64,000 nt of DNA from Tetramitus jugosus (taxonomy: Eukaryota > Protista > Heterolobosea), in NCBI GenBank assembly GCA_937625935.1, contig OW569347.1:434001-498000 (forward strand), written 5' to 3'. Below, piece after piece: positions 55,514 through 64,000 of this stretch (positions are counted from its first letter, which is position 1; each line of letters opens with the position of its first letter). The position numbers were made by a program, and so were the translations under genes. A model generated the notes under the pieces. It did no database searches and was not told where the DNA came from. It was given only the letters and a program-made list of their open reading frames with translations.

Positions 55514-55731
55514 CTTGGCGCTTGTGTTTGATGGTACGTTGTGACCTGATCTCTAAAAATAGTTGAGTACCATACATACAACCTTTACAACAACAGTATA
55601 CAGACCATCAGCGATACGACTGATTATGATTGCAGAAAAAAGATTATATTTTATTGTTAACATCGAATAAATAAGAACATAAAAAGCTTAGATTGGGTTC
55701 AGACATCATCCTAGTTGATATCCTTGAGTGT

Positions 55732-58700
55732 TTAATTGAATAGTGAGATAAAATCGAAGTCATCCTCAACGGGAGGTGGCTGTTCCACCTTTGTTTTTCT
55801 CGCTGGTGGTTCCTCCTTCATACGCATCCCTTGTTCATCCTCCTTTGGCCGTGGCCGCTTCAAACAACTGAGCTTCATTTCCTCCAACCTCTGGCAAATC
55901 TTTCCAACGATCTCCTGCACGTTGAATCCCAACTTAGCGAACATAATCTGATACGACCGTAGTTGATCCATGGTATCGGATACCAATTTGGTCTTCCTGT
56001 CAAAGGTTGGTCCGGGATCACACGAGCCTAGAGTGTTGAACAGAGTTTTGAGCACAAAGATAGGGAATTCTTGATTAGAACAAGGTGCATCACATCCACT
56101 CCATTGTGTTGCCTCAGATTCATCCTCTTGTAGTTCATAATCTGTATAATTCTCTGTTAAATTCTTTAGAATTGTCATGAGAATATTGACCTTGTTTTTG
56201 GATGAGAGAGCAGGCTTTTGAGACTTGGAAAACCAACTCAAAAGCTGCGAAACGCTATCTAAATGTTGGGGTATCCGTATTGGTTGATCCAGAATGAGTT
56301 GTATCTGTTGTACGACCTCTGTACTCTTGTTTGCCAACTCTAATAAAAGTGCCCTACATTGCTCATCACTCACCGAATCAATCATATCAACGATTGTAAC
56401 CGTAGTCGAAGAGTTGATTGGTGTGCAATCTGGCAATCCCTTTGTTCCATCATCCTGAGAGGGTGATCCTACAGGAGTGTCTGACTTTGTGGTCCGCTGA
56501 CTAGACTTGTTTTGTGACTCCATGTGCGACGTGTCCAGACAGTTTGTTTCCTTTTGTATAGGCACTTCTGTGATATTTGAGGGACCTGTTGTCGATGCTT
56601 GAGGAGCAACAGATGGCTGTTGAACTGACCGATTCAACAACTGGACTGGTATGGCTTGTGGGAGTGGTTGCGGCACAGGCTGGATCACATTCACAATCTG
56701 TGACTGAGAATGTCGATAGTTGTTCACAGAGGCACTCTGATTCATCATCGCTTCATACACCTTCCTGTTTTGATTGACTTGATATCCATTCACAGCAGCC
56801 AACAACTCATAAGGCAACGACTCACCCTTCATCAAATGATTCTTGAAGGCAAATATTTGACACTGCAACATGTCTTGTTGCTCAGGAGAAAAGAGGTTGA
56901 AGGAAGTAGGTGCATAGCCCGATGTTTGATTCATCATTGGTCCCATTGATGACATGTTCAAGTGTGACGTCTGTTGTTGTTGTTGATGTGATTGAGGGTG
57001 AGCATTCATCAATGCAGCAGTCGAGTATGACATGGCTGGCACAAAAGAATTTGCAACACCACCACTACCACTAGTACTACTAGGGTTCGTATTCGTATGA
57101 GCAGTAGTAGCAGTATTACTATTGTTCATTACATTGCCATGATACATGAGTTGATTAAACTGCTGCTGTTGCTGTTGTTGATGCTGTTGTTGTTGTTGCT
57201 GCTGTTGGAATTGAATTTGTTGTTGCTGTGAGAAGAATATTGCTTGTTGTTGTGGTGTGAGTCCAGTGTTTGGCATAACGGGTGGTTTTGATGTCAATTG
57301 TTGTGCATGTTGTTGTTGTTGTTGTGGATGACCCGAGTGTACAAACAGAGACGAAGGGGAAGGAGTCACAACACTGACACCACTCGCATTATTGGAGGAT
57401 GGAATCATGGACTGTTGTGCGGCATTAGTAGCAGCAACAGCAGTCGCGTTGGACGGCATGGATGCATGAGTAACAGCAGTAGCACCACTGTGCTGTTGTG
57501 ATGATGGAGCAGCACTGTTCATCATCATCATTTGATGGTACGACACTGGTTGTTGTTGTTGTAGTGATGACAATGATGATGATGGTGATTGACGCTGTTG
57601 ATAGGACATTATGGGTTGATGATGCATGGCAGTGGACGATGGATGAGTGATGTTACTACTACTGCCTTGAATGACATTGGAGCCATAGGAATGTGGATGC
57701 TGTTGTTGTGCATGGTGCTGTTGTGATTGATAGCCAGAGGGAGAGGCCATAAAATGAGTAGGCTGTGGTGTGGAGGAAGATGGTACTCTGTTTCCATCGA
57801 CAGCAGCACCACTACTACCACTACCTTGTAACGAAGAGGGAGAAGGCATCACAACACTTCTATTACTATTACTGCTACCTCCACTATTCGTACTATTATT
57901 ATTGTTGTTGTTGTTATTACTAGTGTTGTTACTGTTGCTGTTGTTGTTGTTATTTACATCTTGTGGTTGATACGATGAAAAGTTTTGTTGTGGTGTGCCT
58001 TGTGTTCGTTGTTGTTGTTGTGGCTGCTGGGAAAACTGCTGCTGCTGTTGTTGTTGTTCTCTACTACGCTGTTGCTGCTGTTGTTGTTCCTGTTTTGCTC
58101 TCAATGATTGCAGAGTGGTCATTTGTGCCTTGAAAAACTCTTGCAAAAACTTGAAATTGGGATTGTTTTGAATTGTACATCCCTTTCTCTTCAGAGAGTC
58201 AATCACATAGAGAACCTTCTTTAAATTTTCTCTCTTCATCAATTTTTTGTTATCTCCCAAGAGTGACCTCAGAAAATGAATCGCTTCCATTGCTTGTGCA
58301 CTCGTGCTTGCGACTGTTGAGGGCGACTCTTGTTGTGTGGTGGTAGTTGGTGTTGTAACGGTTGTCTGTAACATGCTCGAAACAATAGACTCCAGATCGA
58401 CCATGGACGAGTCAACCATGGTGGTGGTCACATTGTTGTTGTTGTTGCTATTGTTGTTATTGTTACTGTTTGTGGTCACTCCAAGTGATTGTTGTTGTTG
58501 TTGAAGGAGGTTATGAGTGGTCATCGTAGTATGGATACTGTTGTTGTTGTTGGCGTGTGTCGGGAGAGAGACAGTTGGTGTGAGCTTTTGTTGTTGTTGG
58601 TGGTGGTTGTTTGGTGGTGGGGGTGGTTGTGAGATCATACTAGACTCTTCGCAAATGTAGTTGTGAGGGAGGAGGTGCGTATGTTGTGTTGTTTTGTGGT

Positions 58701-58788
58701 TGTGTTCGTGTTGTTGGTTGGCCTCTTCTGTTTGCTGTTGTTGGTTTTGTTTGTGTCGTCTGAGGGCGAAAAGGAAATTGAGCGACAA
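55732..58788 (-). CDS. Large Q/N/S-rich protein with a QLQ-like domain (start uncertain)
   Basis: FSPEQQDMLQCQIFAFKNHLMKGESLPYELL matches the QLQ pattern. The C-terminus has basic motifs. Confidence 0.65.
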   Translation of the reverse strand: MSLNFLFALRRHKQNQQQQTEEANQQHEHNHKTTQHTHLLPHNYICEESSMISQPPPPPNNHHQQQQKLTPTVSLPTHANNNNSIHTTMTTHNLLQQQQQSLGVTTNSNNNNNSNNNNNVTTTMVDSSMVDLESIVSSMLQTTVTTPTTTTQQESPSTVASTSAQAMEAIHFLRSLLGDNKKLMKRENLKKVLYVIDSLKRKGCTIQNNPNFKFLQEFFKAQMTTLQSLRAKQEQQQQQQRSREQQQQQQQFSQQPQQQQRTQGTPQQNFSSYQPQDVNNNNNSNSNNTSNNNNNNNNSTNSGGSSNSNRSVVMPSPSSLQGSGSSGAAVDGNRVPSSSTPQPTHFMASPSGYQSQQHHAQQQHPHSYGSNVIQGSSSNITHPSSTAMHHQPIMSYQQRQSPSSSLSSLQQQQPVSYHQMMMMNSAAPSSQQHSGATAVTHASMPSNATAVAATNAAQQSMIPSSNNASGVSVVTPSPSSLFVHSGHPQQQQQHAQQLTSKPPVMPNTGLTPQQQAIFFSQQQQIQFQQQQQQQQHQQQQQQQFNQLMYHGNVMNNSNTATTAHTNTNPSSTSGSGGVANSFVPAMSYSTAALMNAHPQSHQQQQQTSHLNMSSMGPMMNQTSGYAPTSFNLFSPEQQDMLQCQIFAFKNHLMKGESLPYELLAAVNGYQVNQNRKVYEAMMNQSASVNNYRHSQSQIVNVIQPVPQPLPQAIPVQLLNRSVQQPSVAPQASTTGPSNITEVPIQKETNCLDTSHMESQNKSSQRTTKSDTPVGSPSQDDGTKGLPDCTPINSSTTVTIVDMIDSVSDEQCRALLLELANKSTEVVQQIQLILDQPIRIPQHLDSVSQLLSWFSKSQKPALSSKNKVNILMTILKNLTENYTDYELQEDESEATQWSGCDAPCSNQEFPIFVLKTLFNTLGSCDPGPTFDRKTKLVSDTMDQLRSYQIMFAKLGFNVQEIVGKICQRLEEMKLSCLKRPRPKEDEQGMRMKEEPPARKTKVEQPPPVEDDFDFISLFN

Positions 58789-59477
58789 AAACAGGAGTGA
58801 GAGAAGATAGGGAACTCTGAGAGAGGTTTTTTTGGGGATTTGGTGGTTGGTTGATGCCGCAAAGTTTTTTTTGTGATTTTTGAAGAACCTTGTCGTTTGG
58901 ATTGTGTTTGCTTTAGTGTTGCTGACCGAGTCTCAAATGGACGTTAAGGTAACGTTGGGACTTGATGGTTCGAGGAAACTCTGGTCTATTTTCGTTATGG
59001 TTATCTTTTTTCGCAATGCAAAGTGCCAGACAATGAGCAAGATAATCAGAGGGAGAGGCAACGGAAGATGAGTCCAATCACTTGTACGTACGAAATCGAT
59101 ACCAGATGGTGTTGGGTTTTCCATCCGAAACACGCGCACTGCACGGACATTGGTCTCCAGAAGAATAATTGTCGGATAAAACTGCATCACGGAGAAACAT
59201 TTGACAGGTCACTTCATTGAGAAAAAGTGTAATCTCACTTCTTGTGTTGTTGTAATAATGCGATTGGAATAAAACGTCGTCTGGTGTTTCTCCGTGGGAA
59301 GCGGTTATGGGATGCCCTTCATGGCACTGCTGCCCTTCTGTCCGAGCAACAGCCTTACACAATGTTTGGCCGTTCTGAACAAGAATCCAACACACGCAAA
59401 AGAAGTCCAATCCAAAGGTGACTTAACAATAAATAGGTTTATTGATACGCGAATTGTGAATGTGGGGTTGTTACATA

Positions 59478-60728
59478 TCACCTTTTTGAAATACATGGAC
59501 ATTGAACGTTCTGTGTGGAACCAAACATCTCATATGGTAACGCCACAGTGGATCCCGAGTTTGTCAGAGGCCAAATATATCCCTTTGCAGTCTTAAAGTT
59601 CTTCAATAGGTAGGTGCTCATGTGACTTGCGAATCGATGAGCATTGTGATTCAAATGAACAATCATCACAAAGTTTGTTGCATCAATCGCAATGCAATCC
59701 TTTTGGGCACCCGCGAATTGCAACATCCAATTGTCCCAGTAGGGAGCAGCCATAATAAACGATGGAATCGTATTGAGCGGATCCGATCCAAACAATCCCC
59801 TGTTGAAAGCAAACAAATCAATGGCTCTATCCATAAACAAATCCCCATGCTTGTAAACAGCATTGTACACATTCTGTTCATCAAAATCCGTTGTTGACAA
59901 CTTGGCCAACGAATCAACCATAAATTCTTGATCCAAGTTCCACCGCCGTGCCACGAGCAACACTTTTTCTGGTCTTTGCAAATAGACGGATCGTATCGAA
60001 TGGAACAAGCTCTCTGTTACAAAAATGTCTGCATTCAAATAGGCAAACATGGTTGTATCGTGCTGTTGCTGTGATGAGGGTGACGCGTAGGACATGACTG
60101 GCGGAACAACGTCCATTGCCTGCGTAAACAAGTAGTTCATAAATGGAAGTCGATTGCTGTCATTGGTCAATCCATCTTCGTTCAACTTGTGCTCTGTTGC
60201 ACAGCCCAACGATTGCACAAAATTCACAAAGTACTCTCGACTGTCCTTCCACTGAGTATCAAGATTGGTAAAGATGTGAATGTGAACTTGTCGACCATGA
60301 TTGATCGAATTCAATCGTGCCCATGACTTCAACGCCCAATAATGTCTCTGAGACATCACTGGACCCAGTGTAGTAAAAATGTGAAGTTGCATATCGTTTG
60401 CTCTTGAATCTACACTCATGGCCGCCGTCGTCAATAGCTCGTCCCTAAAGTTTCCACTAGAGGAACCACCTGAAGCTACAGCACCGCCAGCACCAGCAGC
60501 ACCTGTTGACAATGACTCAAAGTGATTCGATCGCTGTGCATAGAGTGTCTTTTGTTGAAAATTACTAATTTGTTGCTTGAAAATGTCCAATTGTAGATTG
60601 TAGTGATTCTTGGCTGTTGTCAGCAAGTAAAACAAAAAGAGGTTCAAAACTCCGAGACCAACAACGAAAATGGTCATTAGCTTGACGAGTGCTCTCACAT
60701 CCTTGTATTTTCGATTCAGTGGGAACAT
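59478..60728 (-). CDS. Type II membrane glycosyltransferase-like protein
   Basis: N-terminal TM helix and stem, YLNADI, ARRWN, IDLFAF, PYWDNW and HLNH. Confidence 0.65.
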   Translation of the reverse strand: MFPLNRKYKDVRALVKLMTIFVVGLGVLNLFLFYLLTTAKNHYNLQLDIFKQQISNFQQKTLYAQRSNHFESLSTGAAGAGGAVASGGSSSGNFRDELLTTAAMSVDSRANDMQLHIFTTLGPVMSQRHYWALKSWARLNSINHGRQVHIHIFTNLDTQWKDSREYFVNFVQSLGCATEHKLNEDGLTNDSNRLPFMNYLFTQAMDVVPPVMSYASPSSQQQHDTTMFAYLNADIFVTESLFHSIRSVYLQRPEKVLLVARRWNLDQEFMVDSLAKLSTTDFDEQNVYNAVYKHGDLFMDRAIDLFAFNRGLFGSDPLNTIPSFIMAAPYWDNWMLQFAGAQKDCIAIDATNFVMIVHLNHNAHRFASHMSTYLLKNFKTAKGYIWPLTNSGSTVALPYEMFGSTQNVQCPCISKR

Positions 60729-61083
60729 GACTATATGTATACGATTACTCTATTGTTATTTGATGTTGTTGTTGTTGTTGTTGTGATGGTTGAGAAATGG
60801 TAAAGCGAGCGGTGTTTGGAAAGGATGATTTTTTTAGTGTATTGATTGTGTTGTTGGTGCACGAGTTGTGTGTTTGTTCGGAGTGGTGCGTTTTTTCCGT
60901 TATTGTTGTTTGTTTTGTGTATTGTTGTTGTTGGGTTCTCGGTGAGCAGAGGGGTGCGAATTGCCTGTTACTTTCGATATTGCTGAGATGTGATGAACGA
61001 ATGGAATTTTTGGCTTTCTCAGGGTCCGTGTGAAAAGCGATGGTTGAAGATTGTACCGTTGGTAGAGAAGGAGCGCGCCAGTT

Positions 61084-62463
61084 TTGGAGAACGCTGCCGC
61101 TGAAGAATTGTTCTCGAATGAGAGAATTAGCGATGAAATTTACGGTCCACACTGGTGTCGAGACACAATCATGGAGAATGACTATAGGGTGCAAGAAAGT
61201 CCAAAAGTTCATGTCAGAATTGTGAACAAAAATGTAAGCTCTACCAGTAGCAAGGTGAAACCACTTGCACCAAAACGACCACCCATGAGTAGATACTCCT
61301 CAATGACCGAATCTTGGCAAAGGAAGATGAACGAGAAACCCAAAAAGCTTGAAGCAAAGTCAAGGTCATTTCAAAATGTGTTGTTCCATGAATCTTTGAT
61401 TTTTCAAGAAGATATTGCACAAGGATACACGACTCAGTACAAACTTGAAGATAGGATCGAGAAGATTTATCCAGAGACGCCGTCCCCGAAATCTCTGATC
61501 AATACTCCAATGAATGCCAGATACAGAAGAAATATGCAAAAATATAAGTTAGAGTACCAGTATGTGATGGGTGATATGAGGCCAGAAATCTCTTCCTCTA
61601 AATCCTTGAGTAATGATCCACTGGAGGAAATCACCAATCGACCGGTTATAGATCACAAGAACATAGTATACCTTACAATACCTGCTTTACCTTCTGTCAA
61701 AGCCACACCACTAGGTACTTCGAATCAGTTTAAGAAACCTTGCCCACATACTCCCTCGAACAAACGTGAAGAACCTCACAATCAGGTGATATCATTCTCC
61801 AACCATAATCCTCTCTTATTTCAAATGATGAAGAGACCAAACCTTCCCACCAAAGCACAACTGTTCAATAAGAACAGATATCGTTCAACTTATCAAGAGA
61901 AATCCCATGAACAATCCAATAGGCAACAGAACATGGTTTCCCAATCTTATAGAAATCGCAATACTTCAAGAACTCGAGAGCGTAAAGAGTGGGACAAAAG
62001 GCCGAGATCAGCTACATCTACTCGATCAGCGCTCAACCCGCAACACTCTGTTATAGAGTATGTGTCCAGAAACGAGCGAAACTTGGAGCAAAGGAATCTG
62101 GTTCAGTCCTTCCTAAGAGAAGCCAGTCCAACAACATTCTACCGTTTCCCTGGTCATCATTTATCTCCGGACGAATTTCCCTCAGGTGTGGTTCCAACAC
62201 CAGAGTATACTCTCCCAGGGAATACATTCATAGAGGTGACAGGTCGAGAAACAAGACTTGAAATTCCCAAGGCAGTCGTGTCAAACTTGAGCGTCGATCG
62301 AAGAAGCACAGAAGCGACCAGACGAGTGAAAACGATCCGAGTTGCCACTTCTCCAGCCAACCATCAAATATCGAGTTGGATCAGCACCTCAGACTCTGCC
62401 GAGCTCATGTCAGACCACTTTCTGATGAACAGGGCTGTTGACTCATCGGAATTATGGACGTGA
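61084..62463 (+). CDS. Hypothetical basic disordered protein (start uncertain)
   Basis: 459-aa ORF with no recognisable motif. Confidence 0.55.
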   Translation: MENAAAEELFSNERISDEIYGPHWCRDTIMENDYRVQESPKVHVRIVNKNVSSTSSKVKPLAPKRPPMSRYSSMTESWQRKMNEKPKKLEAKSRSFQNVLFHESLIFQEDIAQGYTTQYKLEDRIEKIYPETPSPKSLINTPMNARYRRNMQKYKLEYQYVMGDMRPEISSSKSLSNDPLEEITNRPVIDHKNIVYLTIPALPSVKATPLGTSNQFKKPCPHTPSNKREEPHNQVISFSNHNPLLFQMMKRPNLPTKAQLFNKNRYRSTYQEKSHEQSNRQQNMVSQSYRNRNTSRTRERKEWDKRPRSATSTRSALNPQHSVIEYVSRNERNLEQRNLVQSFLREASPTTFYRFPGHHLSPDEFPSGVVPTPEYTLPGNTFIEVTGRETRLEIPKAVVSNLSVDRRSTEATRRVKTIRVATSPANHQISSWISTSDSAELMSDHFLMNRAVDSSELWT

Positions 62464-62600
62464 GACATGAATCAATCGGACGGAGAAACATGACCAGAGA
62501 TCACCGTTTTATTTTTTGCTTTCACACACTGCACGGTTTCTTCTTCAAGAAACAAACAACCAACTCGCCTCACCAGCATCACAAATTTTTATTATTCACA

Positions 62601-63350
62601 ATGAGCTCAGAAAACAAGAGACTTTTCGTCAACAACTTGTCCTGGAGGACTAAGTGGTGGACTTTGAAAGACTACATGAAGAGTATGGAGATCAACCTTT
62701 TTTGTCGACGCTTTTTTTTGTAAGTGATTCTTCTCTCCAATTGGAGAGACACTGATCGCACAGACACATTTTGGATCAGTAAAGAATCAAGTCGTATTTG
62801 TCATCCACAAACACATGGATCTAACATGATTGTCTTTATAGCTATTGGACCTGTTTCATACGTCGATGTCTACTTTGACCGCAACGGTAAGTCCAAGGGA
62901 TGTGGTGTCGTTGAATTCGAAACTCTTGAAGACGCAAAGAGAGCAATTGCTGAATTGAACGATACTGAATTGGACGGAAGAAAGATTTTCCTCAGAGAAG
63001 ATCAACCAGAGAACAAGACAACCAAGACTACCCCTGCTGTCTCTGCCTCCTCCTCCTCCTCCACTGGAGCTTCCACTGCCTCCACTTCCTCCCCTGCTCC
63101 AGTCAGTGGCAAGAAGGTCTATGTCGGTAACTTGAGCTTTGAAACTACCAGTGATGACTTGAAGAAGGAGTTTGCTTCTGTCGGTACCATTGTCAATGCT
63201 GAAGTTGCTAGACACGCTGACAGCCAAAGATCCAAGGGCTGGGGTATCGTCGAATTCTCATCCGATGACGAAGCACAAAAGGCAATTGCTCAATTCAACA
63301 AGAAGGTTGTCGGTGGCAGACCTTTGTCTGTCTACTTGGACAAGAAGTAA
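62601..63350 (+). CDS. Two-RRM RNA/G-strand-binding protein (Gbp2/Hrb1/Gbp1p-like); intron 62683-62841
   Basis: LFVNNLSWRTKWWTLKDYM, SKGCGVVEF, VYVGNLSF and SKGWGIVEF. Confidence 0.85.
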
Positions 63351-63461
63351 ATGTTTATATCATGAAAAAGAACAATAAATATTTGTTGAACATGTTTTAT
63401 TCATGTTTGGTATCTACATTGTTACAAATCTGAGAAAGGTGTAAAATGAACAATCATTCAT

Positions 63462-64000
63462 TTACTCGCCCAATTCAGCTTGCTCTTGTCTTGCCTTGGC
63501 TCTCTTCTCAATTTCTTCCAAGTTGAAGGTTTCACCAGTGAATCTCTCATATAGGGAGATGACGTCCTTGCAGCAACTTTCAAAGTGAGCAGTTGGGTCA
63601 TAGGATTGGGAGATGAAGACACCATCAGCCTTTCCGTCAGCCAATGGCTCATTAGAGTCCAAAATGTAGACAAACTTCTCCATGATTGGTCCCAAGATGT
63701 CCATGGCAGGCTTAATTTCAGCTTCTGGGTTGTTGGTCTCAACTTCAGTGGAGACAATAGCAACATACATGCCTTGAGGTGCAACTTCGTGCTTGTTGGA
63801 GGTACAGTTAATATAAATATCGTGTTGTCTGTTGACTTGCTTCTGTGGAAGAATGATTTGAGCAGATTGAACATCGTTGGTTCCTGGAATTGGATGATTC
63901 ATCAAGCAAATGACACGAATCACCTTTCCAGTCTTCTTGACCTTCTCTGGGAAGTAAGATGGATCACCAATGATAAACTTGGTCTTGGCCAACTCACCTT
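63462..64000 (-). CDS. GDI: Rab GDP-dissociation inhibitor, 3' part (starts beyond the window)
   Basis: IGDPSYFP, SAQIILPQKQVNRQHDIY, VSTEVET and SYDPTAHFE. Confidence 0.92.
   Translation of the reverse strand, partial: GELAKTKFIIGDPSYFPEKVKKTGKVIRVICLMNHPIPGTNDVQSAQIILPQKQVNRQHDIYINCTSNKHEVAPQGMYVAIVSTEVETNNPEAEIKPAMDILGPIMEKFVYILDSNEPLADGKADGVFISQSYDPTAHFESCCKDVISLYERFTGETFNLEEIEKRAKARQEQAELGE

Noticed and set aside
58880-59410. Short overlapping ORFs between the QLQ and glycosyltransferase-like genes
   Set aside because: No recognisable family and no consistent frame.

Overview
Gene-dense eukaryotic nuclear DNA with short GT-AG introns, CTAAC branch points and many poly-Q/N/T/S tracts. 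A unicellular protist, possibly heterolobosean, is inferred from architecture only. About 25 housekeeping genes (DYRK kinase, ARP5, COPS9-like, AP-2 mu, Arf-like, peroxisomal MFP, ERI1-like, ABCG/ADP1-like, synapsin-like, PRIM2, M3 peptidase, Rab-GDI and others) surround three mobile systems. (1) A 2.7 kb TIR element (11794-14467, TTAA TSD) carries an intact Fanzor nuclease and a predicted pseudoknotted omegaRNA at its end. (2) Two diverged RAG1/Transib-like transposons abut in inverted orientation (34467-38348 and 38353-42541). Each has CACA-heptamer-led asymmetric ends and a convergent partner gene that occupies the RAG2L position but is not kelch-like. This is the best candidate for an undescribed system. 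(3) A stack of 3-4 APE-RT LINE copies inserted repeatedly at one target about 50 bp upstream of a tRNA-Asp gene, with covarying 3' UTR hairpins. All calls come from reading motifs by eye; no database searches were run.
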